Below the pieces are notes generated by a model, which was given only the letters and a program-made list of their open reading frames with translations, searched no databases and was not told the origin of the DNA. Made by a program: the position numbers and the translations under genes. From contig RPQN01000018.1 of the NCBI GenBank assembly GCA_003819715.1, positions 1 through 49,782 of the forward strand: a DNA stretch of 49,782 bases, written 5' to 3'. Position 1 is the stretch's first letter; each line of letters begins with the position of its first letter. Of the stretch, positions 28,701 to 37,175 are shown piece by piece. The stretch comes from Ignavibacteriota bacterium. Its GTDB lineage: Bacteria; Bacteroidota; Ignavibacteria; UBA10030.

Positions 28701-30612
28701 CAGGCAGCGTGAGTTTAAACTTTTTCACATACAGTCCCCGCCAGAGCAGCCTTCCCGCAGCGGTCGTATCATCGGTGTAATTTTTAGGGAAGAACATGCC
28801 GGCAGGATTCCTGACATCTGAAAGGTCGAGAGCAATGGAGTCCACCTGAATTTTCAACCCGTTCGTACCAATTATTTCGCAATCCGGCAAATTTCCGGAA
28901 AGAATTATGTCCTGCATACTCGTCCCATTTCCCGAGAGAGTTGCTTTCACGGAATCCGTTGAAGTTGGGATGGGAAGCAGCCAATCTCGTGAAAATTTAA
29001 TTTCAAGGCCGAGACTGATATTGGTAATACCAGTATCTGCCCACTGAACATAACATCCGGAGTTTGCTGCCCCCTTCTTAAAGTTGAATTTCATTTTTGG
29101 ATTGGATGTTACATTGGGTAATGTAAAATCATTCACCAGTTCAACGCGCCCATTGGTAAAATCAATGCTGCTGGGATGTATCTTAAAGTATTTTCCCGCG
29201 AATCCGAGCTTATACGGAGTGCCTGATTTTGTAAACTGTTCCTGTGCCAGGAAATTAATTTTAGATTCATTCTGTTTGAATATGATTTCGGTAATCACCA
29301 ATTTCTGATTGCCGTTATTGAACTGTAAACCAAAAGGCATTTTAAGAGGATTGCTCGGTAAATTGGGAGTTGGAATAACATTTGAATAGTTCATGGACGG
29401 CTGACCAAAATTTAGACCATTAGTCCATGTAATCAGATCATTAACCTGGTTATTGGACCAATTTATAGTGTTATCGACAACATTAGCTACCCCCGGACCT
29501 GAGAGCAAACTTAGCGCCCAGGCTTTGGGATATGCCTGATATGAGGTACTGGAACTGCCGCTTTCAGTAGTTACAATGCCCCCGGAAGTCAAACGCTTTA
29601 ACGTATCTATTCGTATCTTTTTAAATTCAACTGCAACACTTGTCAACAACCAGTGTATGTACACACTGCCATTACCAGAAAGCGAACTATCCGCTTCGTG
29701 GGTCATTTGAGAAACAACAACCTTAAATTCTCCATTCAGTCCAGCCTTTATCGTATCGCCTGCTGCGACGGTCCCCGTTCCTCCTCCAGATGTGGTGCTA
29801 TCCGGCGCGTTCGTCGTGAGCAAGCTTTTTGCATGACCCTGGTTTTTTGCAATCCCGAACATAAACGGCGCCGCCAATCCGTTATTCTCTCCAATGCCTT
29901 GTCCTGTATTATCGAGGCACTGTACATTCCACGCATATTTTTTATCCGTATCAAGCTTTCTCGCCGATACCGGGTATTGAAACATGGTTGCTCTGATATC
30001 CGTTTTTTCAAACCAAGCCGTATTTCTTTGTAAAGCAAATTCAGGAGATTGATTTCCAAGTATCTCCACAATCATGAGTTTGTATTTGATTTGTCCTGAA
30101 GGAGCCGGCATGGGTGGCAGCCATGTGAAAAAGAGAGACTGACCTTCCGGCAGAGAATCGCCGTCAGCAGGCGCCAGAAGGGCAGGCGATGAAATTATTT
30201 CCACTCGTTGATCAATACAGTCGCTCCCAATTTCCTCGCCGGAAATATCTTTTACATGAATACATATGGTGTAATTTCCGGAAGGCGCATTGCCCGTGCG
30301 GGTAAATGCATTGTTCCATTTACCTGATTTGAAATTGACATTTCCGGTTTTGACATCTTCGTATGTAATTTTCTTCATTCCGGGAGGCAGGCTGATGGGC
30401 TTTGAATTCCCTTCCACGACGATTCCCTCGCTCGCTTCATCGAGTGTTCCGTTTAATGTCACCTGAAGGGTGTTCCGGCCGGAATTCATAAGCGTCACTT
30501 TCCATATATCCGCTGCGCGGAGCTGGTTGGGCGGAGGCTGCAGAAGCTTTACCGAAACCTGCGCAAAACAAAACCCGGTAAACAACATTGAAAGAAAAAT
30601 TAGTTTTCGCAT
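25768..30612 (-). CDS. Large secreted beta-rich protein (resembles Bacteroidota TANFOR/FN3-locus giant proteins)
   Basis: Signal peptide (CFA/Q). Two N-terminal Ig-like domains, then GDTIKAG...SGNGSVYI.WL...VEF..I.I and later GFGGGAYYNM. No T9SS C-terminal domain. Confidence 0.7.
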   Translation of the reverse strand: MRKLIFLSMLFTGFCFAQVSVKLLQPPPNQLRAADIWKVTLMNSGRNTLQVTLNGTLDEASEGIVVEGNSKPISLPPGMKKITYEDVKTGNVNFKSGKWNNAFTRTGNAPSGNYTICIHVKDISGEEIGSDCIDQRVEIISSPALLAPADGDSLPEGQSLFFTWLPPMPAPSGQIKYKLMIVEILGNQSPEFALQRNTAWFEKTDIRATMFQYPVSARKLDTDKKYAWNVQCLDNTGQGIGENNGLAAPFMFGIAKNQGHAKSLLTTNAPDSTTSGGGTGTVAAGDTIKAGLNGEFKVVVSQMTHEADSSLSGNGSVYIHWLLTSVAVEFKKIRIDTLKRLTSGGIVTTESGSSSTSYQAYPKAWALSLLSGPGVANVVDNTINWSNNQVNDLITWTNGLNFGQPSMNYSNVIPTPNLPSNPLKMPFGLQFNNGNQKLVITEIIFKQNESKINFLAQEQFTKSGTPYKLGFAGKYFKIHPSSIDFTNGRVELVNDFTLPNVTSNPKMKFNFKKGAANSGCYVQWADTGITNISLGLEIKFSRDWLLPIPTSTDSVKATLSGNGTSMQDIILSGNLPDCEIIGTNGLKIQVDSIALDLSDVRNPAGMFFPKNYTDDTTAAGRLLWRGLYVKKFKLTLPETWKTGANPTFITANDLIIDDYGITLKMKALHVVTFASGSVANLSASLDTLEIAMLKGSLTSGTAKGLLVLPISKDTITNTLKYTAVFSQVSNANSFQIVVMPSGPIEADILKGEMTLLPTTNITAVITPTLKTFSIMLNGKFKWDNPTFPSPFNTLKVNMELDFENVGLTYKNTPSTDSLKFSPGSWSFASPQKFLANFPVSIKKIYYKSKSTVPSGSANVKELLRGEVCLDIVADLTEDIGGSTTIGANFAVELNTSAKKFTPQFKGISLDSLAVHANLPAVKIDGSILFRNHDSVFGDGFLGTLSVAFTPVGITADALLEFGNTNYQHGSTLYRYWRVEADVLLPPPGVPFLPGIAFRGFGGGAYYNMDAILSASTKTPSGKRFTFKPKYSTFGLKIAATIATTPKEESFNADVALDAQFSKSEGLIFIAFTGDFYVAAGLTAPKRAKANVKGNVSVTYNFPDKHFNLSANVMVNAPPISTPSPANLVLDINGKVNQWYFKFGEPSSNDNSLTKVDVNVDLFTAHLYQYLMFGNHITPPSGFTQTFKDGYRGVFGHDPGMGVKTLGVTNNNTATGKGLALGVGFTFKNDFGFNVTGNYDASLALAAGAELDLAFAEYSGQNCENPSERIGINGWQASGDIGFYASVLASIKRSSDGHTWPLADIKAGGWLTGKFPNPVYVAGEIQGSVLIGHYTTWIHSTGDWSGPAYWPSWSACVHPQDHYLVNASFDKTFVKGTDCGTSGALTGATVAQGDAAGEQQQLLIKYVHPDQHFDFPITAPLAVEYGLIPGNVFDVSEQQSDGSVKSRTFKLVVTTSIKIQNDNGSLTNQSLKTRQNNLGEFLYTVLVPTVINTSTPITIGQTSAHLNTASTNTNAIHPISNTSLSISNIQTVSYPLPPVTNTYNNLPPEPPEIKNNLTLNKNYVFTVTAALKEYVNNTWINAKNKNNAVVAQTVTKNFKTGSQLATVSTSLPHLH

Positions 30613-30926
30613 GAGACACCATCTTCTGATTGAGCGGTTGTGATAATTCCATACTTTTATTCAAGTTCAATCTATCTTTCGGATACACGTTATACAATCG
30701 CACATTCGTGGTATATTCCAAAACGATCCTGGAAAGCCATACGCAGGCGGTTGTTGTGTTGAGTGTCCCAATGTGAGACGCGGGAATAGAGCGCTGCAGA
30801 TTTTGGCGAGCGTCCGGTAAGACTTTTGAGATGATTGACCGAGCAAATCGATCATTCAATTCCGGAGCAACGAAAATATTATCAGGAGGACTACTAAAAA
30901 TCTCGAAAAATGAAACGGGTGTGAAA

Positions 30927-31598
30927 TTAAAGAAGGTTCTCTTTATATACTTTTGATACAGCGCCGCTGAGGGTGTGAACCTGAAGCTTGATATAGATGT
31001 TTTTGAGGTGCGTATTAACGGTGTGGAAACTTAAAAATAATTGTTTGGCAATTTTCTTCTTGGTGGATCCATTGACCATGAGCTTAAGGATTTCTTTTTC
31101 GCGATCGGTCAGCCCATAATTCCCTTTCGGAGCAGCGAGGCTCGTAAACAGGTCGAGAACGGTATGCGCAATGGACGCATTCATGGGAGCACCGCCGGCA
31201 AGGACTTCTTTGATTGCTTCAATTGCATTTTCGGGAGATGAATCTTTGAGGATGTACCCCGATGCCCCGGCACAAAGTGCATTGAACACATTGATACTGT
31301 CATCGTGGATGGTCAGCATAATGATGTTCGTTGAGGGGCTGGCCGCTTTGAATTGTTTTACCCCTTCGACACCGTCCATTCCCGGCAATCCAATATCGAG
31401 CAGGATGACTTCAGGCGGTTCGGACGATTCGAGCGTTTTCAATGCTTCTTCGCATGACGTGAACCCGAATGCGCAGCGCATCCCTTCGGTTTCGTTGATC
31501 AGCTCAGCGAGGGTTTTCTGGAAATGGATATTGTCTTCCACTAGCCAAATTGTAACGCGTTGAGCAAGTGATTGCTTTTTTCCCATTCGTTGCTTCAT
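30927..31598 (-). CDS. NarL/LuxR-family response regulator
   Basis: Motifs LVED, LLDIGLPGMDG, GASGYILK and LTDREKEIL...TVNTHLKNIY.KL. Confidence 0.93.
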   Translation of the reverse strand: MKQRMGKKQSLAQRVTIWLVEDNIHFQKTLAELINETEGMRCAFGFTSCEEALKTLESSEPPEVILLDIGLPGMDGVEGVKQFKAASPSTNIIMLTIHDDSINVFNALCAGASGYILKDSSPENAIEAIKEVLAGGAPMNASIAHTVLDLFTSLAAPKGNYGLTDREKEILKLMVNGSTKKKIAKQLFLSFHTVNTHLKNIYIKLQVHTLSGAVSKVYKENLL

Positions 31599-31797
31599 GG
31601 TTGTTTAACATACGTCTTCGAAATCGTCAGCACCATACCACCTTCGTGGTATAATAGAAATATATTCATGAAAGTTGCACGAGGACGATTTACAAAATTT
31701 TATATTCCTCTGAACATCTACACGCAGCCTTACATCAACTTGCACGAACCTTTGGAGCTGACCTTGGAAGAGGATTCGCTCCCGACAAAGGCATTTG

Positions 31798-33615
31798 TTA
31801 TGGCTTCTCTGTTGGTACAGAAAGTGTGATTTTGACACCCCGTCCAGTGCAACTTGAAATATCAATTATTGCTCCAATCTTTGCCGCACGGTCACTGAGG
31901 TTTTTCAACCCCAGTCCATCTTTTACATCCCCGGCTTCAAATCCAACGCCGTCATCACAAACCGAGAGAATAAATCTATTGGATTGACTTTTGATTTCTA
32001 TAGCCACCTTCGTGGCATTTGCATGTTTCACAATATTATGGAGGATTTCCTTATAAATAAGATAGATCTCTTTGCGTATAAGAAGATCCGGCATCGATTC
32101 AATTATGTGACCGGATGTATTGAAGGTATATTGGAGATCGGTGAGGAATTTTGGGGTCACTTCCTTTAATCGTTGTATGAGATCGACAAATTTATCATGC
32201 TGGGGATTGATGAACCAAACGATATCGCGGATCGCATCAGTCGTTTCTTTTGCAATTGCCGTTATTTCAGCGAGGCGGTGCTTTTCCAGTTGACTAAGCT
32301 TCGCGCTCCGCCGAATCATCTGGCTGGTCATGGATATGCTGCTCAGATTGCTGCCAATTTCATCGTGAAGATCGGCAGCAATACGGCTTCGCATTTCTCC
32401 CTTTTCCAATTCTTTCTCAATCTTGATCGTGTTAATCCTATCGCCAAGGGCAAAGGAAAACAACGTCATTTCCCAGAGCATCCCGGCCTGGAGAGTATAT
32501 TCGGTGAAGAGGTTCAGGGGAAGAACGCCGGAAACGCGCAGCCCTCTGACAATCAGACCGATGAGGAATCCCATGACAGCGAGTAAATAGAAACGTGCGG
32601 GTGCGTAACGGTTCTGCAAACCGATAATCGCCATTGCCGTCGTTAATAAAGCATAGGGAATGATGATAAACGATATCATTCTATTCATCAATGGACCTGA
32701 AGTTATGGACGCAAAGATCAGCACCATCCCTCCAAGAATGGCACACACGGTTAATCCCTTATGAAGGAGCGGACTAAATCGCGATGAGAAAAGTATTCGC
32801 TGAGTGAACAACGAGCCGAACAAGAGGAAAAATCCAATCGCCATCTGGAATATATGGACAGACGCCACGACGGAATTTGGGAAAAAGTATTCTTCGTAGA
32901 GTCCGTCGACGACCATCTGATGAAACACATAACCCGCGACGTATAAAACGTAAAATAAATATGATGTATCGCGAATTGCAAGAAAGAGAAAGAGGTTATA
33001 CAAAACCAGTATCAGAATGGATCCATAAAATATACCAAGGTAGAACTGTGCATTGTGGTCAGCATCCATATACCGTTGGAGCGTCATAAGCCGCAGATAC
33101 AAGGCAACAGAACTTTGCGATTCAAAACGAACATACAGCGTCTGGTTGATCATGCGCTGCGATCTTATGCTGAACGCTGCACGACGATCCTTGATTTCGC
33201 GCCGGTTAAACGGCAATAACGTCCCGGCATGTTTTGAAAATATTCGATGTAATGAATCGACGATAAAGAGATCCACGTTGTCGATGCCCGGGTAATTGGC
33301 CTGAAGAATCCATCTATTTCCATTGAGAGTGGAATCTACAATCTCAACCCTCACCCACCACGATGAGTTTGTGATGCCTGGGTTGAGCATGGTGTTGGAC
33401 GCCGGTTTGAATTGATACAAAATCTCCGGTGAGAGTATTTCCTGAATGGTCCGTAAACAGCTTTTGTCTTCGAATACACTAAGATATGGTGTTAACTCAT
33501 ATTCAACGTTACTCGCATTGAGAACAAGCTTGTTTTGTGCCTGCGTGTTTACTATAAAACTTATGATTGTTACAAGGATAACAACTGCACGGTTCAGGAA
33601 GTACGATGGGGTCAT
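31798..33615 (-). CDS. Sensor histidine kinase (7TMR-DISMED2 + 7TM-DISM + HisKA_3 + HATPase)
   Basis: Motifs YGSILILVLYNLFLF.AIRD, SFALGDRI, IAADLHDEIGSNLS, EILHNIVKHA, DDGVGF and GLGL. Confidence 0.9.
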   Translation of the reverse strand: MTPSYFLNRAVVILVTIISFIVNTQAQNKLVLNASNVEYELTPYLSVFEDKSCLRTIQEILSPEILYQFKPASNTMLNPGITNSSWWVRVEIVDSTLNGNRWILQANYPGIDNVDLFIVDSLHRIFSKHAGTLLPFNRREIKDRRAAFSIRSQRMINQTLYVRFESQSSVALYLRLMTLQRYMDADHNAQFYLGIFYGSILILVLYNLFLFLAIRDTSYLFYVLYVAGYVFHQMVVDGLYEEYFFPNSVVASVHIFQMAIGFFLLFGSLFTQRILFSSRFSPLLHKGLTVCAILGGMVLIFASITSGPLMNRMISFIIIPYALLTTAMAIIGLQNRYAPARFYLLAVMGFLIGLIVRGLRVSGVLPLNLFTEYTLQAGMLWEMTLFSFALGDRINTIKIEKELEKGEMRSRIAADLHDEIGSNLSSISMTSQMIRRSAKLSQLEKHRLAEITAIAKETTDAIRDIVWFINPQHDKFVDLIQRLKEVTPKFLTDLQYTFNTSGHIIESMPDLLIRKEIYLIYKEILHNIVKHANATKVAIEIKSQSNRFILSVCDDGVGFEAGDVKDGLGLKNLSDRAAKIGAIIDISSCTGRGVKITLSVPTEKP

Positions 33616-33712
33616 AGATAACGAATAATTATAGGAGGCATGTGAAGCACTTTAAATACTCTTCGTCAATCAGGTCAACAGAGAAGCACAATAATCGATG
33701 AATATTTGGTAA

Positions 33713-33743
33713 TGGACTCTAATCAAAGAAGACTCAGAGTCCA
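33713..33743. terminator. Hairpin downstream of the helicase
   Basis: TGGACTCT-N15-AGAGTCCA. Confidence 0.35.
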
Positions 33744-33770
33744 ATATCCAAGTGTCAATTCCCTTTTTCC

Positions 33771-35429
33771 TTATGCTTTATCGCGGATAAACAAGCGTTT
33801 CAGCTTTTTCTTGAAGCCGCCGCGTTCCTCTTCCATGGTTGCCATGAGGCTGCGCCAGTCACCTGTTTGCGCCGGAGGAACAGAGGATGATGCCTTCTTT
33901 ACAAATTTTGGTTTTTCGGCTGAAAAGGATTGACGATGCTTTTCATCATCCCGATGTTCACGCGGTTTGAATTCATTACGCGGTTTTCCGGAATATTCCG
34001 AACGCCGTTGTTCATTGTGCGGTCTGCTTGCGGATTCCGGGCGACGATGTTCGCTCTGCGGACGTCCCGTGGACTCTGTACGGCGATGATCGCTTTGCGT
34101 TCGTCCTGATTCTGTGCGACGATGTTCGCTCGGCGGACGTCCTGTGGATTCTGTTCGACGATGATCGCGGTACGGCTTTCCAGAAGATTCTGAATGCCGC
34201 CGTTCCCGATGGTCATCCCTTCTGCCATGTCCGCCCTCCCGACGTTCCCGGGGAGATTTCTCATCGTCATGTTTTCCAGCGACCGCCGGCCTTTTCGCGT
34301 AATCGAAACCGGGATAGCGTTTCAACTCGAAATGTTTATCGGTGTACCGCTCGATGCTTTTGAGATACTTTTGCTCCTGCGTCGAGACGAAGGTAATGGC
34401 GTCGCCTGTTGCAGAGGCTCTGCCGGTCCGGCCGATACGATGGATATAGTCTTCTGCGAATGTCGGCGTGTCGAAATTCACCACGTGGGAAATTCCCTCC
34501 ACATCAATACCGCGCGCGGCAATGTCCGTCGCGACCATGACTTTATACTGGCCCTGTTTAAATCCTGCCAGCGCCCGCTGCCGTTGAGCCTGCGTCCTGT
34601 TGGAATGGATCGCAATGGCTTTAATGCCGGCACGTTCAAGTTTGTTGCAAATTTTATCCGCGCCATGTTTCGTGCGGGAGAACACCAATATGGTGTCCAT
34701 CTCTTCCGTCTTGAGAATATGGAGAAGCAGGTCCATTTTTGAGTCCTGCGGTGATGAATAAAAATACTGCTTCACGGCGTCGACCGGATGCCGCAGTACT
34801 CCGATCTCGATCATTTCAGGGTTGACTTGAATGGAAGCGACCAGTCCTCTCACTTCCTTCGACATCGTTGCAGAGAACAACAGCGTTTGACGCTTCGCGG
34901 GAATTTTGGCGATGATCTTACGGACGTCATCGATGAATCCCATATCAAACATCCGGTCGGCTTCGTCGAGCACCAGGATTTCCACATGCGATAAATCGAC
35001 GGTGCGCCGGCTGATATGATCCAGCAGACGCCCGGGGGTGGCAACGATAATATCCACTCCGCGCCGAAGCCGCCTGATCTGGTTTTCCATGTTGACGCCG
35101 CCGAAAATGGACATACTCTGCAGACCGGCAAAGCGGCCGTAGGCTGAAATAAATTCCTCGCCCTGCTGCGCCAGTTCCCGAGTCGGTGTGAGAATGAGGC
35201 CGCGGGTCAGATGTCCCTTGATCGCCGGCCGTTCTTTGATAAAATGATTCAGCATTGGCAGGGCAAATGCTGCGGTCTTTCCGGTCCCGGTCTGCGCGCA
35301 GCCGATGATATCGCGGCCTGCCACTGCCAGCGGAATGGCGCGTTCTTGAATTGCGGTGGGCGCAGTATATCCCGTCGCGAGAATGCCCTGCACGAGTTCG
35401 TCGGCAAGGCCTAGTTTTGAAAATGACAT
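33771..35429 (-). CDS. DEAD-box RNA helicase (RhlE-like)
   Basis: Motifs AQTGTGKT, PTRELA, TPGRL, DEAD, SAT, ARGID and HRIGRTGR, with a long basic tail. Confidence 0.95.
   Translation of the reverse strand: MSFSKLGLADELVQGILATGYTAPTAIQERAIPLAVAGRDIIGCAQTGTGKTAAFALPMLNHFIKERPAIKGHLTRGLILTPTRELAQQGEEFISAYGRFAGLQSMSIFGGVNMENQIRRLRRGVDIIVATPGRLLDHISRRTVDLSHVEILVLDEADRMFDMGFIDDVRKIIAKIPAKRQTLLFSATMSKEVRGLVASIQVNPEMIEIGVLRHPVDAVKQYFYSSPQDSKMDLLLHILKTEEMDTILVFSRTKHGADKICNKLERAGIKAIAIHSNRTQAQRQRALAGFKQGQYKVMVATDIAARGIDVEGISHVVNFDTPTFAEDYIHRIGRTGRASATGDAITFVSTQEQKYLKSIERYTDKHFELKRYPGFDYAKRPAVAGKHDDEKSPRERREGGHGRRDDHRERRHSESSGKPYRDHRRTESTGRPPSEHRRTESGRTQSDHRRTESTGRPQSEHRRPESASRPHNEQRRSEYSGKPRNEFKPREHRDDEKHRQSFSAEKPKFVKKASSSVPPAQTGDWRSLMATMEEERGGFKKKLKRLFIRDKA
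33975..34215 (-). repeat. Degenerate 36-39 bp coding tandem repeat (~6 copies)
   Basis: HRRTESTGRPPSE / HRRTESGRTQSD / HRRTESTGRPQSE / HRRPESASRPHNE / QRRSEYSGKPRNE. Confidence 0.8.
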
Positions 35430-35893
35430 TGGTAAATCCTTCTACTAAAAATGAGGAAACACGCTGAACAGTATTGAAAACTTGCAGAAGATAAACTCCG
35501 CCGATGGCGGATACGCAATGAACAATCGCGTACAAGTGCGCTCATAAAGCGACTTGGAAAAGAAGAACACATGAATGGTCGGGTTCTTCCGTGCTGTACC
35601 TTAGTGCCGGTCCTGTGACATCTCAAAACCTTCACTTCGCCGCATGAAGAGAATTGCTTCTTCGTCATGGGCGCTTGCTAAATTATCATCAGAGAGCGAG
35701 TCTCAAATGCCCGCTTCCGATGCCTAATTGCACGGATGCGGTTAGCCGCTATCTGCGGCTGAAATAAGATACGAAAAATTCTATTGCCTTCCTATTGAAT
35801 CAGAAATAAATATTGAGGGATTACGATAGTGAATATCAGGCGAACCTATCATAATGGATTTGAAGTAAAAGTCTTTTCATGCAATATTGAAGT

Positions 35894-37060
35894 ATGAATA
35901 AAGATGTCGTCATCATCGGAGCAGGCGCGGCGGGACTCATGTGCGCCATCGAAGCGGGAAAACGCGGGCGGTCCGTTCTTGTGTTGGACCATGCCCGTCA
36001 AATCGGTAAAAAAATACGCATCTCCGGCGGCGGAAGGTGTAATTTCACCAATAGGAATGCTTCACCTGCCAATTTTATTTCTCAGAATCCGCATTTCTGT
36101 AAATCAGCCCTCGCTCGCTTTACACCCACGGATTTTATTTCATTGATAAATAAACACAGTATTTCATTCCACGAAAGAAATCATGGCCAGCTGTTCTGCG
36201 ATGACAGCGCGGACCAAATCGTTCGCATGCTGACTCAGGAATGCAAGCTGGCCGGCGTCGAGATACAAACGGAGTGTGAAGTTCACAACATAACGAAAGC
36301 ACAGGATTTCCAGTTACAGACGACAATTGGACCGCTAACCGCATCCTCGCTGGTGATCGCGACCGGCGGGCTTTCCATACCAAAGTCGGGAGCAACGAAT
36401 TTCGGACTGAAGGCGGCGGAACAATTCGGTCTCAATATTATCCCGTCAAGACCCGGATTGGTACCGCTGAAATTCGCATCAGATGATTTTAAACCGTTTC
36501 TGGAACTCAGCGGAATATCGGTGGACGCCGAAGTACACTGCAACGGAATCTCTTTTCGCGAAAATATCCTGTTCACGCATCGCGGGTTAAGCGGTCCTGC
36601 CATTTTACAGATTTCATCCTACTGGATTCAGGGAGACTCCCTTTCCATCAACCTGTTCCCGGGAAGAGACATCCTGGCATTGCTTCACGCCCAGCAGCAA
36701 AGTAAAAAGCAGCTCTTGACCATCCTGGATCAATTCCTGCCCGCGCGTTTTAATCAAGCCTGGTTTTCTCAAACCTCCAGTTCGAAACCGATGAACCGGT
36801 ATTCCCCCGGCGAATTGAAATCGATCGCTGCCGCCCTCACGCACTGGCTCCTGACTCCTACCGGAACCGAGGGATATGAAAAAGCGGAAGTGACCGTCGG
36901 CGGCGTGGATACCGGCGAACTTTCTTCAAAGACCATGGAATCGAAAAAAATACCCGGGCTCTATTTCATCGGAGAACTCGTGGATGTCACAGGATGGCTG
37001 GGCGGTTATAATTTTCAGTGGGCTTGGTCTTCAGGATGGGCGGCAGGCCAGGCAGTGTAA
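35894..37060 (+). CDS. HI0933/YhiN (BaiN) family FAD-dependent oxidoreductase
   Basis: Motifs GAGAAG, KIRISGGGRCNFTN, ATGGLSIP, LFTHRGLSGP and GGYNFQWAWSSG. Confidence 0.93.
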   Translation: MNKDVVIIGAGAAGLMCAIEAGKRGRSVLVLDHARQIGKKIRISGGGRCNFTNRNASPANFISQNPHFCKSALARFTPTDFISLINKHSISFHERNHGQLFCDDSADQIVRMLTQECKLAGVEIQTECEVHNITKAQDFQLQTTIGPLTASSLVIATGGLSIPKSGATNFGLKAAEQFGLNIIPSRPGLVPLKFASDDFKPFLELSGISVDAEVHCNGISFRENILFTHRGLSGPAILQISSYWIQGDSLSINLFPGRDILALLHAQQQSKKQLLTILDQFLPARFNQAWFSQTSSSKPMNRYSPGELKSIAAALTHWLLTPTGTEGYEKAEVTVGGVDTGELSSKTMESKKIPGLYFIGELVDVTGWLGGYNFQWAWSSGWAAGQAV

Positions 37061-37065
37061 GAAGC

Positions 37066-37100
37066 AGTAATGAGTAGTGAGTAACGAGTATGGAGTAAAA
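37066..37100. repeat. Degenerate heptamer tandem repeat
   Basis: AGTAATG AGTAGTG AGTAACG AGTATGG AGTAAAA. Confidence 0.6.
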
Positions 37101-37115
37101 GAATCAGGTAAAGAA

Positions 37116-37145
37116 AAGCCCGCGCCGATTTCTCAACGCGGGCTT
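37116..37145. terminator. Terminator between convergent genes
   Basis: AAGCCCGCG-N12-CGCGGGCTT. Confidence 0.72.
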
Positions 37146-37175
37146 CTGCTGTAAGCTCAACGCTTATGGCTCAAG

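Noticed and set aside
25768-30612. Polymorphic toxin or RHS protein
   Set aside because: No YD/RHS core or recognisable nuclease or deaminase tip.
31605-31865. 86-aa ORF between kinase and regulator
   Set aside because: It overlaps the kinase 3' end and has no RBS or motif support.
33975-34215. Possible CRISPR-like array
   Set aside because: The repeats are degenerate, in-frame and coding, with no unique spacers. No cas genes are present.
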